This document shows positions 39,907 through 49,728 of a DNA stretch of 64,000 nt, piece after piece. Made by a program: the position numbers and the translations under genes. Numbering within the stretch: position 1 is the first letter of the stretch; each line of letters starts with the position of its first letter. Origin of the DNA: Candidatus Omnitrophota bacterium (lineage in GTDB: Bacteria > Omnitrophota > Gorgyraeia > Duberdicusellales > 4484-171). The stretch covers positions 3,407-67,406 of the forward strand of contig JBDRJF010000005.1 of the NCBI GenBank assembly GCA_043815185.1, given 5' to 3'. The notes below the pieces were generated by a model. It was not told the DNA's origin, made no database searches, and worked only from the letters and a program-made list of their open reading frames with translations.

Positions 39907-42900
39907 GAGGGGACTGCTTCTTGGGCAAACTTTACTGATACCAGTTTAGAAATACCTTTCTCTTGCATCGTAACACCATATAAAACATCGGCATTACTCA
40001 TAGTTTTTTTGTTATGAGTAATCAGGATAAATTGAGAAAGAGCAGCGAATTTTTTCAGGAGATGATTAAACCTATCAACATTAGCTTCGTCTAAAGGAGC
40101 ATCTATCTCATCGAGAATGCATAAAGGCGAAGGCCTGACGCTAAAAATAGCAAAAACTAAAGCTATGGCAGTTAGAGCTTTCTCGCCTCCCGAAAGAAGA
40201 GAAACGTTTTGTAATTTTTTTCCCGGAGGCTGAACTTCAATTTCCACACCTGACTCTAAAACATCATCCTTATCAAGAAGAATAAGGTTAGCTCTTCCTC
40301 CGTTGAATAAAAATCTAAAGTTCTTTTTAAACTCCTGCTCAATCTTATTGAAAGTATCTAAGAAGAGTTCTCGCGAGGTACGATTAATCTTGGCAATTGC
40401 TTTCTTTAGCTTATCTTTAGAGATAATTAAATCTTGTTTCTGGCTATCTAAGAAATCTTCACGTTTCTTAAGTTCTTCGAACTCTTCAATAGCCACTAAA
40501 TTAACCTCCCCAAGCGATTTCATCCGCTTGCTTAATTTTTCCTTCTCCGCTGAGAGTATATCTCTGTTCTCCTCAATCAGTTCCCCGGACACAGGGCTAA
40601 ACTCGACTTTATAAACCTGAAACAAATAATCTTTAACCTTCTCCTGCTCATACTCCAAGCTCTGAATTTCCAGCTTTTTATTATAAGTGGAATCACGTAA
40701 GTCCTGGGCTTCCTTCTCAAAAACTTGCAGGCTTTCTTTAACTTTATCAATCTCCTTGTTTAAAGACATTTCTTGCTCTCGGAAATTCTGCTTCTCTTCT
40801 GTACCTTGATCAATTTTAAGTTTATCGGCTTCTATCTTTGCTCGTAAACTCTCGATTTGGCCGTTAAAAGACATGGTTCGTAGCCTGTTTTCCTCTTCTT
40901 CTTGGTTAATTTGCTCTAAACTATGCTGAATATTACTCATCTCATCCTTAAAAAGAGTGATCTTAGACTCTAAGGTTTCTCTTTCTTTATGCAAAGATTG
41001 TTTCTGGGCAAGGTTACGAGTTATCTCAAAATCTATATTGGTTATTCTCTCTGAACCATTAGTTATAACTTGATTAGCTGAAGCTAAACTTTGATTAGCC
41101 TGATCTAAATCGTTCTGGTAAATAGCAAGTTCGGCTTCGATTTCTTCTTGCTTCTTCTGACAATCTCCGATATCATCAAGGGTGGCCTTCTCTTCCTGAT
41201 TAAGCAACTCTGATTCTTCTTCCAGACGCTCGGCCTCTTTGGCTAAACCACCCTTCTCTTGCTGCTCCTGCTGCAACCGGCTTCTTACCTCTTCAATTTG
41301 GGTAGTTTCGGCTGATAAATCCTGGCTGAGCTTACCCTTTTCGGTCTCTAGCTTTGCCTTCGCCTCTGTTAATCCCCCAATTTCATTCTCAATAAAGGCT
41401 ATTTTCTCCTCCAGCTGCTTCTCCTCAAAAGAAACTACCTTGGCCTCTATCTCGGCCTTATAAAATCCTCCTTCCTGTTTAAACTCTACATTCTGTAAGG
41501 AAGCAACTAACTTGTTAATGCCTTTGGGTTCTTCATCAAAAATAACGGTAATTCTCTTCTGGACCGAAAAGATCTCATATTTCATCCGTAAATCTTTTAG
41601 GAAATCATAACAGGTTTTAAGTTCCAGCAGTTCTTTTTCTTGAGTTACCAATTTTGACCTTAAATCTTCGGTCTGGGCGCTTAAGTTCTTTTCTTTTTGG
41701 GCTAAATTACTTCGCTGCTCTTGCAAAGCTGCTAAATCATTTTCTATCTTTATCAATTCTTCCTGAGCCGTCCCTAGATTATCCTTATTTTCAGTTAATA
41801 GAGTATCTAATTTTGCCTTATCCAGAAGTAAGCGCTTTTTCCGATTAACTAAAGAAGTACTTTTAGTTTGAGTTTCAATAAGAATGTTATGGGATTGTAC
41901 TTTCCTGCTCTCTAAATCCAGCACTTTTGTCTTTTCTCGGTCAACTGTCTTCTTAGCAGTTTCTACTTCCTGCTTAAAAACTTCTTTTTCTTCCTCTATT
42001 GTTTTGGCCCTTTGATCTAGCTCCTTTAAGTTTGCATCGATTGCTTCCAGCCGTACTATCTCTTCCTGGCTCCTATTCTCCTGCAGCTGCAACCGCTGAT
42101 TAAGATTGGTACGGGAAAGCTCAACATTTATGCAGCGCTGTTGAATCTCTTTTATCCTCTGATCATCAACCGCAATATGGCTAGCCGAACTCTCTATTTG
42201 AGCGTTTAGAGAAACAATAGCTGTTGTAGCTGCCTCTAACTTATCCCTTAGAACCTTAAGCTGAGCATTTAAATTCTCCCAAAGATTGTTAACTTCCTGC
42301 AGCTGTTCTTCTTTATCCTTCCCTTTATCTTTGAAAAGATTCAATTCTCCGGTGAGTTTACTAATTTTTTCTTCTAATTCTACAAATTGTAAAGAAGCAA
42401 TTTTTTTTTCTACCTCAATAAGTTTTTCTTGAGTTTGTTTATACTGTTTTGCTTTCTCTACCTGCCGCTCAAGATAACGTATCTGCCTCCTTACTTCAAA
42501 GAGTATATCTTCCAAGCGCAGTAGATTCTCCTCGGTTTCAGCTATCCGGCGTAAAGACTCTCTCTTTCGTTCCTTATACTTTATGATTCCACTGGCCTCA
42601 TCAAATATCAAACGTTTATCCTCGGGTTTATAGCTTAAAAAGATCTCTATCTTTCCCTGTTCAACAAAAGAATAGGTAGCTTCTCCAACGCCGGTACCCA
42701 TAAACAGTTCCTGGACGTCTTTTAACCTAACAACATTTTTGTTGATAAAATACTGGCTCTCACCGCTTCGGTAGAGACGCCGGGCAACTGATACCTCTTT
42801 ATAATCTATGGATAAATATTTATCTTCGTTAGAAAAGGTCAAGGCGACTTCGGCATAATTTAAGGGCGGGTGGTTTTCGGTGCCGTTGAAAATAACATCC

Positions 42901-44753
42901 TCCATCTTGGTTCCCCGCAAAGACTTAGGGCTCTGTTCTCCTAGAGCCCATTTAACAGCATCAAATACATTGCTGTTATGTACAATAAAATTGTCTGCTA
43001 CAAAGTTATGGTTACCATCTATACATAAATCATAAACCCACTCTGTGTCTGAAGGTAACTTCTCTATCTTTATGATTTCATCCCAATAAATATCAGAAGT
43101 AGCGAAAGTAAGAAGTCTTGAACCTAGCTCTCTGTTGTGAGTTGAGGATATTTGTTTAATTTCTTCCATGACTTCTAGAATTCCTCCGCGTGAAGGAAAA
43201 CAAGCGTCTTCATAGTAAGCTGACAGCTTAGGGCATTGTTTTTTTACTTTTTTTACACTAATACTTGAAGATTTTATGTATTCTTTGATTAAAGAATTAA
43301 TATTGGGAATAATATCAAAATTAGGATTAGCCTTTACGGTTATCTTGTTGATTGCCTTCAAAACCTCTTTCTTCTTTCCCACAAGATTAAGATAAGGCGC
43401 TATCTTCTTAATATTACTAATTCCGTATATATAAAGGGAGTAATATGTCCTCTTTATTCTCTTGGAAGTATTAGTAGCACATTTTACCTTTTCTCTTATC
43501 AAAGCTTGTACACCTAACCTCAATAAAAGAGTGGAAAGGCCGTAAGCTAATTTACGGCTAGCCGTAGAATATTCTATATAAAAATTCTTTCTTCCTTTTT
43601 CCTGTTTATTCTTGAAGTAAGCATCTCCTTCAAAAAGGGCAGAAATAAATTCTGAAATTACTTTGGGAGAAGACGAAAATAGCTGAGAAGGAATAACTTT
43701 TTCGCCTGACTTCCCCCCGTGTTTAATACCAAAAACTTTATCTAAAAACTTGCAAAGAACAGAAGAGAATATAATTACATCTTTTGCGCACTTTTTATAA
43801 GAAAATACTTTTGGTTTTAGACCAAAGGACTGCTCACTACATATACAAAAATCTTTTACAATAGCTTCATCTTCGTTTACAAACCAAACCTGATTAGAAA
43901 AGGTAGTCCTGCCTTCAGAAATAATATACCCCAGAAAACGCGCTAAATTTCTGTCTAAAGAATCCGGAATCTTTACATGTCCATTAGAGCGAGATTTAAA
44001 TTCTAAAGGGTTATAGCTATAATCCGTCTTTCTATCTAGCAACGAAGATACATGGGCCGCATTTAAGGCCTGTTGGCTTCTGACACCGCACAAAACTGAA
44101 GAAGAAACTCCCAATTCTCCAGCCAAAGCTTTCCACCCCCCACAATTTGCTTTTTCTAAATAAACCAATTCTTTCAATTCCTCAGAATAGGGAACGTAGA
44201 CTAAATCTTGAGGAGAAAAACAATTAATAACCTCTCTAGTCCCCAGTCTATCTTGAGGAAAATCTATATTAAGCTTCCTTGGGATGGCTATCCTTACACC
44301 CTCTTTCAATTCTTGAGCCTTTAATGCCTTTAAACGTCCATCCTCGATCGTAAAAAAGGGATGGTAGTGAGTTGTAATTACTTCCTCGCCTTTTTTTGTC
44401 CTAATCTTAAGTAAAAAAGAAGGCGACTTTCTTCTTATAAATGAGTCTATTCTTTTTTTCTCGAACTTTAATGTGCTGGGATTAAGGGAAAAAACGGAAA
44501 GATTATCTTTATTCTCTAAACTACCTACCCCATCATCAAAAGAAATTAGTTTTTTTGATGAAGAAAGGCTCTCTTCTACTAATTCTCCAATTTTAACTGC
44601 TCTACCGCTGGCAAGGAAAACTAAAGAATCCGGATGCAGGCATTTCCCACAACCATTTGGACCAACAACTACGGTTATCCCTGATTCAAACTTAAGGGAA
44701 GTTTTTTCGGGGAAGGACTTGAACCCAAAAATTTCTAATTCTTTTAAATACAT
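39903..44753 (-). CDS. smc: Chromosome segregation protein SMC, interrupted by an intein in the Walker A loop
   Basis: 1616 aa. N-extein ...VVVGPNGCGK, C-extein SNVFDAVKWALGEQS..., long coiled coils, a hinge region, signature LSGGEKALTAIALVFA and Walker B LCILDEIDAPLD. 1060 aa after intein removal. Confidence 0.9.
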   Translation of the reverse strand: MYLKELEIFGFKSFPEKTSLKFESGITVVVGPNGCGKCLHPDSLVFLASGRAVKIGELVEESLSSSKKLISFDDGVGSLENKDNLSVFSLNPSTLKFEKKRIDSFIRRKSPSFLLKIRTKKGEEVITTHYHPFFTIEDGRLKALKAQELKEGVRIAIPRKLNIDFPQDRLGTREVINCFSPQDLVYVPYSEELKELVYLEKANCGGWKALAGELGVSSSVLCGVRSQQALNAAHVSSLLDRKTDYSYNPLEFKSRSNGHVKIPDSLDRNLARFLGYIISEGRTTFSNQVWFVNEDEAIVKDFCICSEQSFGLKPKVFSYKKCAKDVIIFSSVLCKFLDKVFGIKHGGKSGEKVIPSQLFSSSPKVISEFISALFEGDAYFKNKQEKGRKNFYIEYSTASRKLAYGLSTLLLRLGVQALIREKVKCATNTSKRIKRTYYSLYIYGISNIKKIAPYLNLVGKKKEVLKAINKITVKANPNFDIIPNINSLIKEYIKSSSISVKKVKKQCPKLSAYYEDACFPSRGGILEVMEEIKQISSTHNRELGSRLLTFATSDIYWDEIIKIEKLPSDTEWVYDLCIDGNHNFVADNFIVHNSNVFDAVKWALGEQSPKSLRGTKMEDVIFNGTENHPPLNYAEVALTFSNEDKYLSIDYKEVSVARRLYRSGESQYFINKNVVRLKDVQELFMGTGVGEATYSFVEQGKIEIFLSYKPEDKRLIFDEASGIIKYKERKRESLRRIAETEENLLRLEDILFEVRRQIRYLERQVEKAKQYKQTQEKLIEVEKKIASLQFVELEEKISKLTGELNLFKDKGKDKEEQLQEVNNLWENLNAQLKVLRDKLEAATTAIVSLNAQIESSASHIAVDDQRIKEIQQRCINVELSRTNLNQRLQLQENRSQEEIVRLEAIDANLKELDQRAKTIEEEKEVFKQEVETAKKTVDREKTKVLDLESRKVQSHNILIETQTKSTSLVNRKKRLLLDKAKLDTLLTENKDNLGTAQEELIKIENDLAALQEQRSNLAQKEKNLSAQTEDLRSKLVTQEKELLELKTCYDFLKDLRMKYEIFSVQKRITVIFDEEPKGINKLVASLQNVEFKQEGGFYKAEIEAKVVSFEEKQLEEKIAFIENEIGGLTEAKAKLETEKGKLSQDLSAETTQIEEVRSRLQQEQQEKGGLAKEAERLEEESELLNQEEKATLDDIGDCQKKQEEIEAELAIYQNDLDQANQSLASANQVITNGSERITNIDFEITRNLAQKQSLHKERETLESKITLFKDEMSNIQHSLEQINQEEEENRLRTMSFNGQIESLRAKIEADKLKIDQGTEEKQNFREQEMSLNKEIDKVKESLQVFEKEAQDLRDSTYNKKLEIQSLEYEQEKVKDYLFQVYKVEFSPVSGELIEENRDILSAEKEKLSKRMKSLGEVNLVAIEEFEELKKREDFLDSQKQDLIISKDKLKKAIAKINRTSRELFLDTFNKIEQEFKKNFRFLFNGGRANLILLDKDDVLESGVEIEVQPPGKKLQNVSLLSGGEKALTAIALVFAIFSVRPSPLCILDEIDAPLDEANVDRFNHLLKKFAALSQFILITHNKKTMSNADVLYGVTMQEKGISKLVSVKFAQEAVPS
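42975..44642 (-). mobile_element. 556-aa intein with a LAGLIDADG homing-endonuclease domain, inserted between GK and S of the SMC P-loop
   Basis: Starts CLHPDSLVFL (Cys1, residue 38). Block B ITTHYHPF. LAGLIDADG-type motifs LARFLGYIISEGR and FISALFEGDAYF. Ends VYDLCIDGNHNFVADNFIVHN followed by +1 Ser. Removal restores GPNGCGKSNVFDA. Confidence 0.85.
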
Positions 44754-44783
44754 AAAGCTGTTTTCAAAAAATCAGAACTTTAT

Positions 44784-45974
44784 TTATTTCTCTTCCAGCT
44801 TCTTAACCAATAGAGGAATTATTTTAAATATATCACCGACAATACCGTAGTTGCTAACTTTAAATATCGGGGCGTCAGGATCTTTGTTGATAGCGATAAT
44901 GGTCTTTGATGACTGCATGCCTACCAGGTGTTGAATCTGTCCGGATATACCGCAAGCAATATAGATTTTGGGACAGACAGTCCGTCCGGTCTGCCCGACT
45001 TGATGCGAATAGGAAATCCAGCCGGCATCCACACAAGCCCGGGAAGAGCCTACAGCCGCACCGAGAGCTTCAGCCAACCCTTCAACTAATTCAAAATTCT
45101 TAGCTTCGCCTAGGCCCCGGCCACCAGAAACAATAATATCGGCTTCGGCTAAATTCACGGTGGAGATAGCTTCTTTTATGAAATCTAAGAATTTTATCCG
45201 TCTATCCTCAAGAGCCGGGTCAAAACTCTCCTTGATTATTTCACCCTTCCGGGAAGTATCAATACCAGCCTCAGGCATTACTTTATGCCGAACCGTAGCC
45301 ATCTGAGGTCTATAGTTGGGAGATATAATCTGAGCCATAATGTTGCCGCCGAAAGCCGGGCGGGTTTGAATCAATATCTTCCTCTCCTTATCAATATCCA
45401 AACCAGTACAATCAGCGGTCAAACCAGCATAAATATTTACAGCAATTCTTGCAACCAGACTTCTTCCGGTAGTAGTTGCTCCGGCTAAGATAATCTCCGG
45501 CTTATATTTGCCAATCAGTCCTGATATTGCCTTGGTGTAGTTCTCGGCAATATAGTGTTGTAAGCTTGTTGAATCAACTACAAAGACCTTATCGGCGCCG
45601 CGATAGACTAATTCTTTTGCTTTCCCAGTTATCCCCGAACCAAGTAAGATTGCGCCGACATAAGTATTGAGATCTTTAGCTAACTCTTTTGCTTTGGCTA
45701 GAAGCTCAAAGACTACCGAGGCAATAACTCCCTCCCGCTGCTCAGCAAAAACCCATACACCTTTGTAGTGGGAAATATCATCTTTTATGATGGTCCTGCG
45801 CTCAATTTTTATAGCATCAAAAGTGCAGCTGTCTATGCAGGCTGCGCAGAAATTACACTTATCTAAATCAATTATTGCTTTCTTATCGATCAGCTTTATA
45901 GCTGCCAGCGGGCAGGCGCTAAGACATAAGCCGCAGCCAACACATTTATTTAAAATTATCTTTATCCCGTTCAT
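44784..45974 (-). CDS. etfA: Electron transfer flavoprotein alpha subunit with an N-terminal 2x[4Fe-4S] ferredoxin domain
   Basis: 396 aa. CVGCGLCLSACP and CNFCAACIDSC clusters, then an EtfA fold (ADIIVSGGRGLG, GQTGRTVCPKIYIACGISGQIQH). Confidence 0.85.
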   Translation of the reverse strand: MNGIKIILNKCVGCGLCLSACPLAAIKLIDKKAIIDLDKCNFCAACIDSCTFDAIKIERRTIIKDDISHYKGVWVFAEQREGVIASVVFELLAKAKELAKDLNTYVGAILLGSGITGKAKELVYRGADKVFVVDSTSLQHYIAENYTKAISGLIGKYKPEIILAGATTTGRSLVARIAVNIYAGLTADCTGLDIDKERKILIQTRPAFGGNIMAQIISPNYRPQMATVRHKVMPEAGIDTSRKGEIIKESFDPALEDRRIKFLDFIKEAISTVNLAEADIIVSGGRGLGEAKNFELVEGLAEALGAAVGSSRACVDAGWISYSHQVGQTGRTVCPKIYIACGISGQIQHLVGMQSSKTIIAINKDPDAPIFKVSNYGIVGDIFKIIPLLVKKLEEK

Positions 45975-46765
45975 ATTAAGTCTTTGATCTCCTCAAATAA
46001 CTCTTCCACTATTTCCTCTGGTTCGCCCTGGAGGATTTTTCCGCCTTCCTTAGGAGGCGGTGTAAATATTTTAACTACTTGAGTAGGCGAACCATTGAGC
46101 CCAATCTGATCTTCAGCTATCCCTAAATCCTTATTACCCCAAACCGTAATTTCAGCCTTCTTAGCTTTCATCTTTCCCCGGAGAGAAGGCAACCGAGGTT
46201 CGTTTATTTCTTTCACCACGGTAATAAGTGTTGGCAGTTTAAGCTCTAGCATCTCATAACCTTCCTCAAGCAACCTTTCCACTATCATAACTTTTGGGGT
46301 AGTGTCAAGATGCACTGAATCTATACGTCGAACATAAGTAGCTTGGGGTAAATTAAGATGGGTGGCTATGCCCGGGCCAACCTGAGCGGTATCTCCGTCG
46401 GAAGCTTGTTTGCCGCAAATTACTAAATCGCAGCCGCCGATTTTGGCAATTGCCTTAGCTAAAATCAAACTAGTAGCCCAAGTATCGGAACCGGCAAAAG
46501 CTCTATCTGAAAGATGAATTGCTGAATCTATCCCTAAAGCAAGAGCTTCTCTTAAAGCACTCTGGGCCTGAGGCGGCCCCATGGTAATAACTATCGATTG
46601 GCCGCCAAAACGTTCTTTTAGGCGTACTGCCTCCTCAATAGCATACATATCAAAAGGATTAATTATAGAATCAACCCCTTCTCTAATTAAAGTATTGGTT
46701 TCGGGATTAATTTTTACATCGGTAGTATCGGGAACTTGTTTTATGCAGACTACTATCTTCATCAT
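45971..46765 (-). CDS. etfB: Electron transfer flavoprotein beta subunit
   Basis: 264 aa. MKIVVCIKQVPDT..., DLVICGKQASDGDTAQVGP. ATGA overlap with etfA. Confidence 0.9.
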   Translation of the reverse strand: MMKIVVCIKQVPDTTDVKINPETNTLIREGVDSIINPFDMYAIEEAVRLKERFGGQSIVITMGPPQAQSALREALALGIDSAIHLSDRAFAGSDTWATSLILAKAIAKIGGCDLVICGKQASDGDTAQVGPGIATHLNLPQATYVRRIDSVHLDTTPKVMIVERLLEEGYEMLELKLPTLITVVKEINEPRLPSLRGKMKAKKAEITVWGNKDLGIAEDQIGLNGSPTQVVKIFTPPPKEGGKILQGEPEEIVEELFEEIKDLI

Positions 46766-46839
46766 TATTCAAAATACTATATATTTACTAATTGTCAATA
46801 CTATTCGCCGGCAGGAGGAGGTAATTGAGCGCCTGACTT

Positions 46840-47718
46840 TTAGAAATTAACGCCGGTAAGTAACTTTAAAACCTGCTGGTACTTCTCTTGAGTTTTACCT
46901 ACCACCTCAAGCGGCAAGGCAGGAACCGGAGGGGTTTTATCCCAACCAGATGCTTCTAGATAATCACGGACAAATTGCTTATCAAAGCTGGCCTGAGGCC
47001 TTCCGGCCTGATACTGGTTCTGGGGCCAGAAACGAGAAGAATCAGGAGTCAAGACCTCATCGACTAGGATCAGCTTACCATCGCAAATACCAAATTCAAA
47101 TTTAGTATCGGCAATAATTACCCCTCTCTCTTGGGCGTGCTGAACAGCTTTATTGTAAACACTAATGCTAATTTCCCTTATTTTTTCAGCTAATTCCACT
47201 CCAATCGCCTTTTTCATATAATCAAAACCTATATTCTCATCGTGGCCGGTTTCAGCTTTAGTAGCCGGAGTGAATATGGGCTCTGGCAACTTAGCTGACT
47301 GCTTTAAATTAGAAGGCAAGTTTATACCGCAAATACTTTGCTTAGCCTTATATTCTTTCCAGCCCGAGCCAGAAAGATAACCCCTAACCACACACTCAAA
47401 TGGTACTACTTCGCACTTTCTGGCAATCATAAACCGATCGGCTATTCTTTCTTTATAGCTCTTGAGCTGATCCGGTAAATCCTCTAAACTTGTAGAAATA
47501 AGATGGTTCTCTACCATATCTTTTAGAAACGAGAACCAGAATGATGAAATCTTGGTCAAAACCTTTCCCTTATCAGGGATAGGAGTAGGTAAAATAAAAT
47601 CAAAACAAGAAATTCTGTCGGTAGCGACAAGCAGCAGCTTATCGCCTAAATCGTAAACATCTCTTACTTTCCCTTTTTTAAATAGCTTCAACTCTTTAAT
47701 TTCTAAATCATCGACCAT
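46840..47718 (-). CDS. purC: SAICAR synthetase (long form)
   Basis: 292 aa. GKVRDVY, LLLVATDRISCFD, IIADTKFEFG motifs. Confidence 0.9.
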   Translation of the reverse strand: MVDDLEIKELKLFKKGKVRDVYDLGDKLLLVATDRISCFDFILPTPIPDKGKVLTKISSFWFSFLKDMVENHLISTSLEDLPDQLKSYKERIADRFMIARKCEVVPFECVVRGYLSGSGWKEYKAKQSICGINLPSNLKQSAKLPEPIFTPATKAETGHDENIGFDYMKKAIGVELAEKIREISISVYNKAVQHAQERGVIIADTKFEFGICDGKLILVDEVLTPDSSRFWPQNQYQAGRPQASFDKQFVRDYLEASGWDKTPPVPALPLEVVGKTQEKYQQVLKLLTGVNF

Positions 47719-47720
47719 AG

Positions 47721-49601
47721 TTACGCCTGATAAGAAAAGTTTTTAGGACTAACATAATTCCCGTATTTCTCCTGACACTCTCTGAGCCGTTTAGCTTGAG
47801 CGTCTAACTCCTCAAACAAACAAGCAGGAATATCTTCTAGCTTCTCATAGATTGCTCTAATTCTTGCGATTTTAACTAAATTCTCAACCACCTTTAAGTT
47901 AAATTGTTCAAGATACTCAACTTCCTGATAATCTCTGCCTAAGACCTCTTTGAATAGCTGTTTTAAACAATCATATTCGGGTATTAAACCGGTTGGGGTC
48001 AGAAGCGCCTTTACCTTTTTCTCAGCCCTTAGGCAGATCCATTTAAGCCAGATGCGTTTATCTTGTATCTGGTTTAAAAATTGACCATTTTTATTCCTCA
48101 AGAAGTAATTAACCGAAAATACTAAAGGGGGATTAGTTAACTTTTGCGCAAATTCTAAATTTGCCGCTATATATTTGCCTAAGGGAATAGAAAGAAAATC
48201 CATGTTGGACATTGGGTTAAAAACTCTTACCCCTTCCTGGCCCAAAGTAGCTGCGGTTGTCTCTGATTCCAGGCTTGCAGCCTTAGTAATAATTCCCTGC
48301 TGCCAGGAAAAAGCTTGTTCTACCGGAACTAATGTGTCCGAATCCCGGCCGCCGTAAATTAAGCCTTTAACCTCTACCCCTTGAGGATTATCCAAATTTT
48401 CATCGATATTATCCAAAGCATTTAGTCTTATGGTGTAGCGGGCATTCTTATGAGAAGACGGAATAGTTACTCCTTCCTTGTCAGTCTTTCCGGGAAACCA
48501 GGGTCCTGAGTAGTTTATCCCTTTAGAAGGAACTTTATCGCTCTTGCCGGTCCAGAAAGTATTATTTTCTTTATTGACTAAAATATTAGAGAAGATAATT
48601 TCACCTTCCTTAGTTAAGGATTTAAATAATACCGGATCATCTTTAGGGTTTACATCTTTAACGATACCAAAGATACCCCTTTCTACGTTTACCGCTAGGG
48701 CTTTACCATCTTTTGCTCTTAAATAAGCTATGTCGTCGCCGACAATAGATTCTCCGCTGAGCATGGCAGTTGAAGTTTTACCGCACATGCTGGGATAGGC
48801 TCCGCAAAAATAGGTCTTTCTCCCTTCCTGGTCTAAGACCCCCATTAAAAACATATGTTCCGCCAGCCAGCCCTCTTGGTAAGCTTTTTTTATAGCCAGA
48901 CGTAAGGCCAGTTTCTTCAAGCCTACGCTATTGCCGGCATACTGGGTGTTGACGCTATAAACTAAGTTATCTTCTAAATCAATATATATTCTTCGCTTGT
49001 CTACATCCTTACTTACTTTGTTGGCTAAAGCTCCAGCACTATGCACAAAGGAGAAAAAATCTCCTTCTCCTTTACGTTTCCGAAACTGCTCATAGCCCGG
49101 ACGGTAAAGAATGTCTTCGGAATGTATTACGTAAGAGGAATCGGTAATCTGAGCGGCTAAGATAGAAAAGGGAGAATCAATCGGGCCCAAACAGAAGAAA
49201 CAAATAAACATCTCCTTACCTTTCATGATATCGCGCAATATATCCCTTACCTCAGCTCTACCCTCCTGACGGTCAATGCTATTTAAATAACCTCCGCTTA
49301 GTCCCCCGGAGATAAGATACTTGGTATTCTTTTTATCCCGGGCCTGGTCAAAGAAACCGTCAAAGTGAATGGTGTGGCCTTTGAGGCTTAAATTCCTCTC
49401 TTCGCCGGTAGCCAGGGCTTTTTCTCTTATGTAAGTTGAATCAGAAGAAGAATCAGTACGGACAAAGACTGATTTAGGGTTACAAAGCTCTAGATACTCA
49501 CCAACAAAGCCAATAACTTTGGGGTTTTCAAGCACAGTAAGCTTCTCTAGGCTCTCTTGATCCAGCCTCGCTTTTAAAAAGTTTAAATAATCTTTAGGCA
49601 T
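47721..49601 (-). CDS. pckG: GTP-dependent phosphoenolpyruvate carboxykinase
   Basis: 626 aa. Kinase-1a-like AYPSMCGKTS, VGDDIAYL, overall PEPCK-GTP length and pattern. Confidence 0.85.
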   Translation of the reverse strand: MPKDYLNFLKARLDQESLEKLTVLENPKVIGFVGEYLELCNPKSVFVRTDSSSDSTYIREKALATGEERNLSLKGHTIHFDGFFDQARDKKNTKYLISGGLSGGYLNSIDRQEGRAEVRDILRDIMKGKEMFICFFCLGPIDSPFSILAAQITDSSYVIHSEDILYRPGYEQFRKRKGEGDFFSFVHSAGALANKVSKDVDKRRIYIDLEDNLVYSVNTQYAGNSVGLKKLALRLAIKKAYQEGWLAEHMFLMGVLDQEGRKTYFCGAYPSMCGKTSTAMLSGESIVGDDIAYLRAKDGKALAVNVERGIFGIVKDVNPKDDPVLFKSLTKEGEIIFSNILVNKENNTFWTGKSDKVPSKGINYSGPWFPGKTDKEGVTIPSSHKNARYTIRLNALDNIDENLDNPQGVEVKGLIYGGRDSDTLVPVEQAFSWQQGIITKAASLESETTAATLGQEGVRVFNPMSNMDFLSIPLGKYIAANLEFAQKLTNPPLVFSVNYFLRNKNGQFLNQIQDKRIWLKWICLRAEKKVKALLTPTGLIPEYDCLKQLFKEVLGRDYQEVEYLEQFNLKVVENLVKIARIRAIYEKLEDIPACLFEELDAQAKRLRECQEKYGNYVSPKNFSYQA

Positions 49602-49728
49602 TTAATCTCCTTCAACAAAGAAATTTATCACAAGATCCCTTGCTTAGCAAGCTTTTTTGAAAAATATAAGGGGAAAATCAGTAAGCTTAGCTCCTAAAGT
49701 CTTGGCATTAAGGATGTTATGTAATAAT

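Noticed and set aside
49639-49659. cttgcttagcaag hairpin followed by cttttttg, terminator-shaped on the plus strand, between pckG and otsB
   Set aside because: Both flanking genes are on the minus strand, where the hairpin is preceded by an A-run rather than followed by a U-run. At best it blocks antisense transcription, so it is not annotated as a terminator of a called gene.
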